Assembly: GCA_036172245.1 (NCBI GenBank)
Contig: JAYWIR010000086.1
Location: forward strand, 62,001 to 126,000
Source: Raillietiella orientalis
Lineage: Eukaryota
Direction: 5' to 3'
DNA: 64,000 nt
Positions 13,250 through 26,200 of the stretch are shown here, piece by piece. The notes beneath the pieces were generated by a model. That model was not told where the DNA came from. It was given only the letters and a program-made list of their open reading frames with translations, and did no database searches. Position 1 is the stretch's first letter; the number at the start of each line of letters is the position of its first letter. Both the position numbers and the translations under genes were made by a program.

Positions 13250-14050
13250 TCTCTGCGGAAACGTAGGTGGCTTGCACTTGGTGCTCAGCGCAAGCCACCC
13301 AAGGGAACCAGAGTCGCTCTGGTAGTATTCAAAAGCGCTCTTATGTCGAGATGGTAACATACTGCGCCCTCCCTGGGAAGTTTCAGGGAAAGGCCAAGGG
13401 TCACCTGAAATTTCGGCCCTGCGCGGTTGCAAACACCCGGAAGGATTGCATTTGGAGTTCATCTGGAACTACAGTCAATTTAGATCCCTCAGACAGCCCC
13501 ATGAGCAGTCTGTTCTCCACTTTTTCTGGATGAGATCCGGAGTGTCCCGTGCTGGTGACATCCTGTGTTATCCCTTAACCCTCCTACGTTTGCGGCGGAT
13601 CTACTCTGGACATCACACATGTCCACTCCATGCTCCTGCAAGGAAGATATCAAAGTTGGGGTATGAGGTGTGTATTTCGAGCGGTGCTCCCGCTTGCATG
13701 TCAGGAACACCAGGAGCGTAGTTTTCCGGAATAAACAAGCAAACAAAAAGACAGTTGAAATTTTCCCTCGAACTACGTGATCCCGTGATGGTGCGATATG
13801 GAGCTGTTAGGTACTGGAAGTGCGGCTGGGACCACGAGAGGGGCCAATGAACCAACATCACGCAAATGTGATATCTTCCTTTTTTGCAGTAAAGAACACT
13901 GAAAAATGCCTCAATTTGCGAATGGGTATCATTCCTTCTTGCTAAAGACTAGAAATTTCTAAAAGCTCGGATCTTCAATAATTCAAGCCATCAGGAAGAC
14001 ATACAAGACGGAAAGACGTCGAAATGATTAGTCATGGGCCTCGTTACCGG
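13250..14050 (+). mobile_element. Decayed L1-like ORF2 fragment (post-RT region)
   Basis: LRQPHEQSVLHFFWMRSGVSRAGDILCYPL resembles the L1/Tx1 motif R.IF.FxW.G...V...L..P; frames interrupted. Confidence 0.35.
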
Positions 14051-15335
14051 GACAACTTTTTACCTCATAGCTTAGGCACTTTGGACATTAACCACGTTAC
14101 TGACAAAGGCTGGTAGTTTCTTCGTTTTACAAAAAAGACTGTTTTGATGAGCAGTGAATTTGGCGTTCTTAAAAAGAATACCAATGATAAGTCAGTGAAT
14201 TCAAATTTGATAGCAAAGCTAGTGGAAAAACAAGAACAAGTAGCTGAGTACTTTTGAGATAGTATCAAAAAATTTGAAGCTTTGTGGATGTTTCCTTTTT
14301 TTCTTATTGAGATACTGTAGGTCAATTCGAATTCAACTACGCAAGTACATTGGAGATTAGATTGGAAATAGATTCCAAGATACCTAGAAATCAGTCATCA
14401 GAAAGAAAGAGTTTTCCTATTGTTACCATCCTCACTTTATTGCATGATGACACTAAACGTGAAACTTTTTTATTCTAATTGGTTCCAATTCTGCTTCTAA
14501 ATTTTCATTTTTTCTCCAGTTAGAACTTTGTTCTGAAACATATATTACTGTATTCTAACAATGTAACTAGCATAGATATTTTTACAGCTTATTTGGTACA
14601 AGATAACTTTCCGTCTGTTTCAAATGAATTCATTAAATTTTCGTTATTAGTATTGTTCGAAAAATGGTGTGATTTTGATTTACTTGTGTCTGCACAGGTA
14701 GTGAACTACTTCTAGGCTTGGCACACCCTTTCTAAATTTAGTGGATTTGTTTACACCTCTATTGTTACATTGGCTTCCTTATTGCAGTCTTGTTGAATGA
14801 GGTGTTTTTTCTTTAGCGATTTCGATGCTGAATTTTGGCACTGGTTTTCTCCACAGAAGCAGATGAAATCTACATGCCTTATTTTTCATCCATGAGTAGC
14901 ACAATTCATCTATGTTTTGCTAACAATCAACTTTACCGGTCAACTTTTAATTTATTATCTTCATGTAGTCTGTTTTTTTTAATTTGGATTACTATGATGT
15001 CTTCGTTACGTAAGCGACTGATAGCCCTGTCAATCCGCATTATTTACATGTTGAACTTGAAATGCTTGAAAAGCTACTACTACTATTTTCACTTACGAAA
15101 CTCAGCTATGAGTGAAGTATCATGACACCGACAAACCAGATAGATGTATCAGTTTGTTTTGTATGATCCTTATTATAAAGTATGTGATTTTTCGAGAATG
15201 CCAATCAGTTTCAATGATACATTTTCGTTTAGGTTTTGTCAAAAGTAATTTCGTGAAATCGGAAAAGTTTCTCATTAACTTAGACAGTACATAATCTTAG
15301 ACAAATTCAAGTCCATTAATGTATGTACATGTAAT

Positions 15336-18300
15336 ATGGTTACCATAATGGATTGTTACGATAACATTATGGGAAGTTCTCTCACGTTAGAAACATCTTT
15401 AAAGTTTGAAAAGGCATTGTTTGGTTCAAATAGTATCGTGCAATTAGAAAGAATACCGGATAGTTGGATCGGTTTCCCGAGCCCAGTGAAACATCAGAAA
15501 CATAATTGGGTTGGAGACAGTGATATTGTATCTTCAGAAACAGAAGAAGAAAATATGTCATCCGAAGTTGTTTTGAATAAATCTTGTGATCATTGTGAAT
15601 TGGTTGAACTAAATAGTAAAACATCTAGTTCCAAAAGAACGAAAAAAGACCCAATCTCAGTAAAGCAACACAAATGCGGTCATAGTGGAAAATCTATTGC
15701 AGCTTTGTTAAATGAAGTTAGAAAGATTGCCCAAGATTTGCCAAAAGAATATTTTCAGCAAGTATTTAACATATTCTGGCAGTATTTCTGTAAAAAAAGC
15801 AATCCCAATGATCAAATAGTAATTAATGATGTGTGTTTGCACCCTGATCAACAGATCAGACAAAGTTCACATGCTGTTATGAACAGTGACATGAATACAG
15901 TTTTCACTATTCCATTTTTCATGAAAGAGAACAGCCCTGTTGATTCTCTTCTTGAAAGCCCTGTAATGAATCATAAATCTTCAAAATATTCTAGTAAAAA
16001 TGGAAAGATGCATTCAAAAGTGTGCCAGGATTCAAGCGAAAGCCAACTCATGCAGCAATCAAAGAATAGGAATGAAGTTAAAAAGAAATTTCTGAGAACA
16101 GAAAAGCAACCCAAATGTTCATCTACAGAATTGCAACATGATTTTTTGGAAAAACGTTCTATAAAACAAAAATATCTTGTCAGGGAAAATGCAGTCAACA
16201 GAAAATCATTTGAAGATGCTCTTACAAATAAACTCTCAAGAAAGGTCTCATCTAAATCTAAAAGATCTTCTGAGAATGAAAAATTGAAGTGTGTTCTTCC
16301 AAGTAAACAAATGAAAATTAAAAAAGAAAATGTTGATGTGCAAAGTTTCAACTTTGCACCCAATAATGATTTAAAGAAATCAACCTCCAAAATAATTAAC
16401 ATCAGAAATGTGTCATTGCATCCATATGGAAAATCATCGAAAAGCACAAAATTATTGTCTTCAGAGAAACAGTATGTCGAAAGTGGCGAAAATGTTCACA
16501 GACCATTAGATGTTGACTTTCTGATACATCCATCAGAAACCACAGATGCATTTTTTGAACCATTCGGTAAATCGGTGGAAGACAACAATTTCTTACATAT
16601 TGTAAATGTACGTGGGAGTGAAAACATTGATGATGAAGATAGCATGGAAGTGCACATGACCACCACTCTAAATTGTGATGAAAAATTTAAAACAGACAGT
16701 GCATTGCAACCAATCATTTCGAATGATGCAAAACAATCTCTGTTACAAATTGACACTGCTTTGAGAGAGACATATTCTGTCAGTGATGAGGCTATGAAAA
16801 CTTTGCCAAAATCTAAAAGTGAACCTTTACATGAAGAAAATTCATGTTCACTGATGCTTAGGAATAGTCCTCCCAGTGATAACACAACTGTGAAATTGAG
16901 AGAAATATCTGTTTCTGATTCTAGTTGTGGAAATTCATTTGACGAGACATCTGCAACAGATAGAGAAACTGAAAGTGAAAATAATGCATTAACAAATGTG
17001 AAAGATGCTTCTTGGGAATGCACCGTCTCAGCAAATGGTCTTAGTCATTTTAAAATACCAAAAGTAGAAAAGAGGAAACCTGTTCGTGCTTCCCCTCATA
17101 CAGAACTTGACCATCAAAAAATTGATAAATCTGTTTCCAAATTGTGCCCAGAAATGGAGAAAAAAGAAGCATGTTCTACAAACCCTACTAATTCAGCAAA
17201 TCATGACAAAAATTTACATACATCATCTGAAGAATCACATAAGTACATGGGCAAAGTACAGCAAAGAACAGTGGGAAGCACTGGTTTTTTGAGAACCGAA
17301 ATGGCAGGACAGAGATGGAAAAATTCATTTCGAAACAAAAATTCGCGAAATCTAGCAGAAACAAGTGCTCATTTGACAGCAGCAGTTCCACCTTTCCGGA
17401 CAACATCTGTAGAGCAAAAAGGATTTGAAAAAAGTCAGGATTTCAAATCTACTTCAATGTCAGCTCCAATGCATGACTATTGCAATACAGGTATAAGTTT
17501 TCTTCAACATTCAGGTTTATATTGGTCAGTGTTCTTCAGGGAGCAAATCTGTTTCTGAAGAATATTATGCTCATAATCAGGCAATGTGTCATTCCAAAAC
17601 AAGTACCCAGAGTTATGAAAGTAATGATGAACTTAATTTTCAAAGTGAGGATTCTTCAAAAACATCTGCTTTATTGTTGAACACATCAGCTACTAGTGCT
17701 ACAGTCTTCAAAAATCCAATTTATCCTGTTTCCACCTCTGTATACAATTCCAGCTTCTCTGCAAGTTATTCCCCAAAGTCAACTGTTTTTTCACAGAAAC
17801 AAAAACTGTTATCAGAGGAGTGTAACTGCAAACCACATGTGTGTGTACACAAGAGTGAAAAGGTACAGTGAGGTATCTCTGGAATCTTGTTTGAACTTAG
17901 GTATTAAAGCAAAGAACTGTGGAACAGATTCCACTACCACATTCTGTTTTACCTATGGAAAAAAGGATGGAAAGAGTAGATGATGATGATGTCATTTCTT
18001 TATTTGCTGACACCCAGTTTCTTGATGACTTCCACAATGAAGAACAGAGGTTCTTATGCAAACCAGCATCTGAAGATTTAGACAGGTTTGCTGATAACAG
18101 ATCAATAGAAAGAAACCTTAAATTGGTGGAGTGCATCCTTTTATTTTTTTGTTTTTGTGATTGTTTAATTTTAGTTTGTGTACCTTGCATTTGTGTAGGT
18201 AGCAATCAATTTGAAATGGTTTGTTGTTAGGTACGAAGTTGCAAATAAAACTAAAGAAGAGAAAGCCATTAGTAAAACCATGTTACCTCAGCTGGAAGAT

Positions 18301-21300
18301 AAAGCTAAGTTTCGAAATTCTAGAACAGCAAAACAAATAAGTGGAAGTTCCACAATGCACCTTATGGAGGACTTCCCTCCTGTTAAACAGACAAGTAATA
18401 GTGTTAACCAAAAAGAGTTGAATACTAGTCATTTCCCCAATACTGTAAATTCATCCCCGCAAGCCTGCCATTCCTTATCATCGTTTTCCCATCAGTCTCT
18501 CATTCTGTCTTCCAGAAAGTGGCAGGTTAGTCATTTTCCTTTATTTTTTGTTTACATATAATTGGGCTTTTTTGCATGCATGGTATTATTGGATAATCAC
18601 GTCGTTTTTGTTCAAAGAATTTCCTTTTCAGGACATAATCAACAATCTAATGAGTCAAGATACCCACCAGGTCAATAGTGGCTGTTGTGCATGCATTTGT
18701 GAAAATATCCCTAACCAAGTGCTAGTAACTCAAGTTCTTATTCCCTTTCTGCATCTCTGTATGCAACAAGATCTAGGGAAGAAACAGTACGAAGTTCTGA
18801 AAGTTATGAAGGAACGTGAAGTGTGTGATCCAGTCCCTTATGAAATGCTTCTCCATATCTTCCATCACCCCCACAAAAATTTTCGATTCGTGTATCATTT
18901 CCGTGCAGAAATAGATGAAGTAGCCCGCCTTGTAATTCAGAATAATGTCTGCTTGTCTGTAGAATACTTTGAATGCCTACTGGAACTTTTACAAATTTTG
19001 GTTATCAAAGAATTATTTTTAGAAGTACTAATGTTGATGTGTCATTTGAAAGTTCCTTTGCCTTACAAAATCCTTAGGCGTGCATTTTTTTTAGATTTAT
19101 TCAATGAAAAGCAGCATCTTCCACGCCTCTTGGATTTCCTCAGATACTTGGTAGCTGAGTCTTATTTCATTTCTTGCAAACAGTTGTTTGCTTGGCTTCT
19201 AGAAAACTTATCCGCCAATTCAGAAGCTTGCATTGAGATTAATGCTATTGTCAAACATGTCTTTCCATTTATGATGGAATCTCATCCGTTGGCTGATAAT
19301 GCAGTGTACATTACCTTCGTAGTGGGCAAATCAGAGACTCCCAACACTTGCTCTTCCAAAAATAATGAAACAAACATATCAGGACCCAATCTTCCAGTAG
19401 TAGCTAAGCCTTATGATAATGAGGAGGTCATTATCCAAAGAGCAAAGAAATATTTGAGCACAGATTCCATTAGCAACTTATGCAGTTTAATACAAGAAAA
19501 TATAAATACAGGCAATGTTGCTTGGTTTAGCGAAGCACTGATAGATAGCAATAGCCCACTAAAGTTCTTGGATGTCTTGTATTGCATGTGTGGTAAGTAG
19601 ATGTTTGTAAATGTGATCTGCTAGGTCAAACATTGTAATTGTATGTTCTTTGACTTTACTGTTTGAATTAGTAATGGGATAATTGTTGACTGTCCTCAGG
19701 AAAGGATGGTTTGAAAGCTGATTCTCAGATGAACACCTTCTTCTTTGATGTGGCAGTAGCACTGGTGGACCATTTATACAAAGCAAGGCAGTATAAAGAT
19801 TGTTACATCTTGTTGCAGGAAGGCATTTGGAGATTTTCTATGCAATATGAAGCTTTTCAAGTTAGTTCAAGCAGTGCTGCTGATGCTAATTGTTATGTTT
19901 ATATGTTTTGCAGAATGGCTCTGCAGATGGTGTGTTTAATTTTGCCCTAATGGAATGCAAAGTTCTGCTTGAGAATGGCATTTGGGCTTCCTGTTTGGAC
20001 AAACTAAAAAGTGGGTCCTGTAGGCTTATGCTTTCTTTTTCTCACAAGACTTGAAACTGAGTTCAGTTTAGACTCCTCATTGTTTTCTCAGTGTTATTGT
20101 CAGCCAGCATTTGATTTCCTTGCCATTTAGTTTCCTTTTGAATTACAGTTGTCAGCACTGCAACTTGATTGCCTTTTCTTTTTTTTTTTTCTTGTATCAG
20201 TGCTCTCACTCTTATTGCATTGATATTTTATAGTAAATATTTTGTCATTTTGTATCATCATCGAGGTTGTTATTACTAATGTTTGTATTCGTTTTTTTTC
20301 CCCTCCCTCATTATAATGCATAAAAGAGCACTTCTAAACCTTCATGAATAATCCTTTTTTTTTTTTAATTCCTGTTTGCATTGGAAGATATTTTTCATAC
20401 CAAATTTTTTCAATGCGATTTATCTTACATTTAAATTTCTCATACCTATTGTCTTTGTAAACTATGTACTAAATTTGCTCAATGTCTGAGCAGCTGCTCA
20501 CTATCAAGAATCGGAAATTATAATGATCAGCTATCAGGAATCACAGAGCTTTATAAATTCTGTATTCCTATAAAGAGCTACTTTATTTATAAATAAAGTA
20601 GCTCTTTATAGAATACAGAATATCTGTATTACTGTTCTATAATGCATATTGTTGAAAGTTGTTTACATCCATAAGCCATATATCAACATTTCACCTTCTG
20701 ATGTGCTGCATCAGTAACTTGCATAAAATAATTTGGGAGCTGCATATTTGTGGAATTCCTCACATCTGCTCTTCACTTTTCAGGAAGTCTGCAAATCCAC
20801 TCCCAGGAAAATTCTGAACTCCTTGTTGTGTTGGAAGAATTTATCCATAAGTGCATGGAGAACAACAATGTCACTAAAGGAATCATGGGATTCAAAACTT
20901 TGTTGCATTTTAAGAATCAACGAGGTGATTTGACTTTTACTGAATATGAGAGCTATTTCCTGTATTCTTGATGTCATTTGTTTCCTAGATTGGACAGCAC
21001 TGTACAATAAACTAATGATCTGTGCCATCAACTTGGATGTGGAGATGGCTGTCTTGGAATTGGAGCAGTTCAGACATGCAGGTTGCTTGGATCTGTACAA
21101 TTCAGTAATGCGTGGTCTGATTATTTATTTGAACAATAAATCTGGGCATTGCTGTCAGACTGTGTGCAACCTGCTGTTGGAAGATGCTTGCCTGAATGGC
21201 ATCTATCCACAGCAAAAGGTAAAGTGCCCCAATTGCCTATTTAGGAAAGTTGTGCACATATGGGTGCAAATCATGATCTTTTTTAGGAAGAAGGATCTCC

Positions 21301-21695
21301 CCGATACATTTTGCTGTGGTCGTATCTTCTTGCTGAAGAGATTCACATCATTATCAAACACTATTTGGGTACATTATTTGAGGAACAGCTTATTGAGACA
21401 CCTAAAGTATTTATCAAAATTGAGAAACGTGAAGTAAGTGATTCATGTTCTGGTTTATCCATATATTGGTATATAGGTTCCTTTTTTGGATCTTGCTGGC
21501 TCCCTTAATCTCTTTCATAATTATCCCGGGAATTCGATGTCCGATTTCTTTCAACAGTTGGCTTGTGCTTTGCAAAAATTTAATCCACCCTTGCGTTACT
21601 ATTGCACAAGTTCCAGCACTGGAGATATTGTATTCTTAGATTTCTCTATGCTACTGTGTCACAAATCTTCCCTGCTGAATAAGGTAGAGCTGTAA
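15336..21695 (+). CDS. TOPAZ1: TOPAZ1-like protein (long Ser/Lys/Glu-rich N-terminus, helical TOPAZ1-type C-terminus), ~11 exons
   Basis: In-frame exon chain 15336-17490, 17540-17862, 17901-18125, 18199-18525, 18632-19592, 19700-19860, 19914-20010, 20784-20924, 20989-21218, 21287-21433, 21477-21695. C-terminal motifs IKELFLEVL..KIL..HLPRLLDFLRYLV, VMRGLIIYL, GIYPQQK..ILLWSYLLAEEI and NPPL match my recollection of vertebrate TOPAZ1 (LLKEVF..KILL..VPALIDIFCKLV, LRRLITSL, GCYP..LLIPSYLSEIEM, DPKL). Start codon, the exon 3/4 junction and a possible missed exon in 20011-20783 are uncertain. Confidence 0.7.
20557..20621. repeat. Near-perfect 65-bp palindrome in a TOPAZ1-like intron
   Basis: Perfect 44-bp palindrome CTATAAAGAGCTACTTTATTTA|TAAATAAAGTAGCTCTTTATAG (20568-20611), extended by ATTCTGTATT/AATACAGAAT with one bulged C. 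Confidence 0.95.
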
Positions 21696-21841
21696 AATGG
21701 AACTTAATGCCTTCACTCAGCATTTGCTTTTAGCCCTCCCTCTCAACCCTAAGAAGAGATATCCCTCCCCGAATAGGGTATCCCAGACATTTTGCTGCAT
21801 ATTATTGATGTCAGGCTCTTCCTGTGTAAAACCTGTCTTTA

Positions 21842-21847
21842 AATAAA
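21842..21847 (+). terminator. Polyadenylation signal of the TOPAZ1-like gene
   Basis: AATAAA ~145 nt after the TAA, followed by a GU-rich element (ctgtgttcttgtggtgg). Confidence 0.7.
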
Positions 21848-21894
21848 GATGTTTGAATGACTGTGTTCTTGTGGTGGCTCTTCCCTGCTACAAG

Positions 21895-21920
21895 TTAACT
21901 CTTGTTTTTGGTGTTTACAG
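21895..21920 (+). promoter_or_regulatory. 3' splice acceptor immediately upstream of the FNTA start
   Basis: TTAAC branch-like motif, U-rich tract cttgtttttggtgttta, CAG ending at 21920, 17 nt before ATG 21938. Confidence 0.6.
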
Positions 21921-21937
21921 GTAGACATGTATTAAAC

Positions 21938-23215
21938 ATGTTGCATAGCCAAAAAGTGGCACCACTTAATATGACAGATAATTCAGGTTTTGATCATGAA
22001 TACCTTCTTTTCAAAGATCGTCCTAATTGGGCAGATGTGCAACCTATACCTTTAGATGATGGGCCTAATCCTGTTGTGAGCATTGCATATAGCGAAAAAT
22101 GTGAGGAAAGAATCTTTCTTTGCATTATGACTGCTTGTAGTTCAAGATGTATATGACTACTTTCGTGCCATTGTCAAGAAACAAGAGGTCTCAGAGCGTG
22201 CACTTGAGCTTACCTGTGAAGCTGTCCAACTGAACTCTTCCAATTACACAGTTTGGGAATATCGGTGGGTAGCATGAGCATATAGTTTATATACCATTGA
22301 ATTAGGCGGATGCTACTTAAAAAATTGAAAAAGAATTTATGGGCAGAATTGCGATTCCTAAACGACATGATTCATAAAAATGCTAAAAACTATCAAGTTT
22401 GGTGAGTAAGGTATCCATAAGCCCAGTCGAAACTTTCTTCAGGCATCATCGGCAAAAAATAATTGAATATTTGCAGAATCCAGCTTCAGAATTAGATTTC
22501 ATCCAAAAAATGCTTCAAGATGACTCTAAGAACTATCATGCTTGGCAGCATCGACAGTGGGTCATCCAAACATTTAAGTGAGCACCTTAACAAGCAGAGT
22601 ATAGTACACTAATGCAGTCTGTATGAAGGTGAACTTGATTTCGTGGAAACATGTTTGCAAGAGGACATCCGTAATAATTCGGCGTGGAACCACCGCTTTT
22701 TTGTTATAAAATCCACAACAGGATTCACAGCAGATGTGATCAACAGAGAGATTGTATGGTGCCAAGCTTCAATAAGAAAAGCCTGCAATAATGAGAGTGC
22801 ATGGAACTATTTAAGAGGGTAGGTTGATGATGTATGAGACCATCATGCCCATTTTTTGCAGAGTTCTCAATCAACGAGAAAATGAACGAAGTCACCAGGA
22901 TGTTCTTGAATTTTGTGATGAGTTATACAGGAAACAGGAAGAGAAGCCATATGCTTTGCTTCTTGCATTTTATTTGGAACTGTTAATGGAACGTCTATCT
23001 GAAGGCTGCAACAACTTTAACTCAGATCTACAACTTGCTTATAAAGTAAGCTACGGCAGGGCAGCTGTAACAGTGCATAATAATCATTCTTGTAGTTCTG
23101 TGAGCAACTGCAATCCATGGATAGCATACGCATTAGATACTGGCAGCATATGCAGAAGGTACTCCAGAATCTCTCCTACAAATGCTGCCCAGCAGCAGAA
23201 AATGTGTCACATTAG
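21938..23215 (+). CDS. FNTA: Protein farnesyltransferase/geranylgeranyltransferase type-1 subunit alpha, ~340 aa, 7 exons
   Basis: Exons 21938-22100, 22141-22264, 22306-22401, 22443-22577, 22618-22818, 22862-23045, 23096-23215 sum to 1023 nt in frame. Motifs [34 protein letters not shown] and PFTA repeats [58 protein letters not shown]. Alternative start at 21971. Confidence 0.96.
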
Positions 23216-23222
23216 TATGTAC

Positions 23223-26200
23223 TCAACAAACCTGTTCAACCACCTCACCAATCTTTGATATACATTGTATCAGGGCCTTAATAAAGTAGGATTCTGAATT
23301 GATCACAGCATGATGAAGAGTTTCTAAATATGCACTTCTGTACACCCCAACATTTCTATAAAACCAGAATTCGTCATCAATTTGACTGCCAATCATACTA
23401 ATCTTACCTTTGCTTAGCTTGTCCAAGTTCAGTTTTCAGCAAATAAAGCAAAGTTTCTTGAAAGTATTGTAATATCTGCCTGGATGGCTTAAGGAGTTTT
23501 TCTTCGTCATTTGCTATGGAAGGCAATGTAGATGCAAGAACAAGCATTTTTTTTGTTTGCAGCAGTGTCTGTAACACTTGATGCCACTCCCTTCTTTTTG
23601 CAGAAATGTTTGAGGATGCTAGTCCATCACATGAGTGCTACAGATTCCTTTTAATGTTAGCTTACTGATGGCCAAGTAATTCAGAAAAGCTACATGCTTC
23701 AAACAAAGATCCAGCTGTTCAACTGGTTTTTGCAGTTGTTCAAACATTTCAATTGCTTTGTTGTAATGTTTGTTTGCTAGCTGACGCATGCCACGAACAG
23801 GTTTTTTGTTGACTTGCTTCCTATAGCAAATCACCTGTGAATGAAAAGACACTTGACATGACCTACTGGTATAGGCTTTGGTAAAGCAGAGTCATGCGCA
23901 TGTGGATGGTAGCTATGGCAAACATGCTGGTATCCTGATTAATGGAGCTTAGTGCATCTGAATGGAAAAACCTTAAAGATTTCTGTAATAAAGTACTGAT
24001 TTCTTGCTCCTGCATCACATCATTCTACAAGTAAAAATTTTAGCTGTGTATAAATTTATAATAACTCACATGCACATTGGCAGAATAAGAGTCTTGCATC
24101 AGAGTGGCCAAAGCCAAATATGTTGATGCAAGCTGCCACCTCACAGATTTGCTGACCCCTTCTTGCTGTGGACGGTTGCTCAATTCTTGTAAACTATGTT
24201 CATAACAATCAATAGCCTATTCAGTAATCATTGTTTCATTATTAAGTAATTAATCTATTACAGCATACCTGCTTATAACAGTGTTTCTTTTGCATAACTG
24301 TTGAGGAGAGATTTATTCCATTTTTTTCCAAACTGAATGCTTGCAACTGAAGCAGCTTTCCAGTGTTGTAATAAAGAAGAGCAGAGTTAACATGATCTTC
24401 ACTTTTCTGAAAACACTGTAATCCTTCCTGAAAATATTTGTGACTTCTCCACAACAATTCTGTTACATGCTGACCACTTCCTAGTTTGTTATCAGTAGAC
24501 AACGTTATTCTTTTTAGTTACCTGCACTCTTATCCATGTAAAACACACCTAATTCATTGCATATATTTCCTATACAGCACAATAGGTGTGAACTACCACT
24601 TCCCAAAATATGTAAAGCCTTTTGATAATAATCATAACTGTGGCGAAGCCCTTGCTCCAAAGTTGCAGGAAACAGCAGCTGTTGCTGTGGTTCTGAGAAA
24701 AACATAGTAATATAGGAATATCTATCTTACCTTCATGAGTAGAGAGGCTAATCATTTGTTTAATTTGTAAATCCAATTCAGTTAGAGTTTTGAACTGCTT
24801 TCTGAACTCATTAGTTTTTGCCCACCTCTGGACTAAGAAAAAAAGATTATCACCTATCATTTCTAACGCAAAGCTTTTCTGCAGAGTCATGCTGGTACTG
24901 ACTTGTCCTCGCAATGCATGCATGCATTGGAGTGCAAGATCAAAGCACCTCATGCTGTTGCCTAACTGTTGCTCTCTTTGATAAGCTTGACCCCATAGTA
25001 AATACACTGTAGTTGCTTTTTGTAGCAGCCTGCAAGCTAATCGCCCAGCCCAAGATCCACATGTACGAACATGTGATGGAAATGAATTGGGAGCTTTCTG
25101 TTGTCCATTTGTGGATGATTGATAAGCACATGGTATGGGAATAAGAGGTTTTTCACTTGCAACACAGCGATTCTCAGTAAGATGCTTAGGAAGCAAGATA
25201 CCCAGCAATCCATTCAACACATGTTTTTGGGAAAGATAACAGCATTCCGATATATCAGGCACTTGCTGATACTTTTCATAAACATTTTCACATGCCTGAA
25301 ATTCTGAAGAGGAATCATTTGATAATGACCGGATATCTATTGAACAGTCTTCACAAATCTTCTTATCCTCATCAACAGTTATGAGAGTTTTTGCTTTTAG
25401 AAAAGCAGACTCGAGATTCATGTCATTGGGAACATAGATGTCAGCCAGCATAAAATGGATTTCTGCCATAAGCTGTTCCCAATGATTTATTAATCACACA
25501 AGTATGCAAGCAACTCACCTGCTGATGTCTGCAAGAATCTAATAGTTTTAGGCAGTTTGTCAAGAGAGTTATAATCATCCTAGGATTATGACTTGTTTGG
25601 TTCAGATGCATGTTATAGGCAATTCGGAATAAAAGCATTGCTACAGGTACTGTGAAAGGATTCAAAGTCTCATCTTCTAATGTTTCTGGACACAAAGATG
25701 TTAGGTCATACAACTTCACTATATCGTCATCTTGTGCTGATATCCCTTCATCAAACTATAACATGTACAGAAAATACAGACCTTTGAACAACCAATAAGT
25801 ATGCCCTGATTTGGTCACATTACATTTTAGGAAAGATAGGATATTCTTTGCCACATTCTGAACAATTCTGAAAGATGAATGAAACAAGCACTGCAACAAG
25901 CATACTTACTGTGGTGAAAAATGGCAATTTTCTAAATGGGGCAAATCTTCAGACTTGATGAATTCATACTTCTGCACAATTCCATCTAAATGATAACACA
26001 TGAGAATCTCAGGGATACTACAGATTTGATTATCTAACCAGTAATCTAAACCAGTGAGCACAGAAATAGGTTTCTTCATATCTCTGAAACAAGAATGGAT
26101 TTCTAACAATCACTGTTAAGTCAGTAAACACTAACTGTAGTCTCAGGCTCACACATGGGTGTGCACCATCACCAAAAATGGGCAAATTGGAACCAATGAG

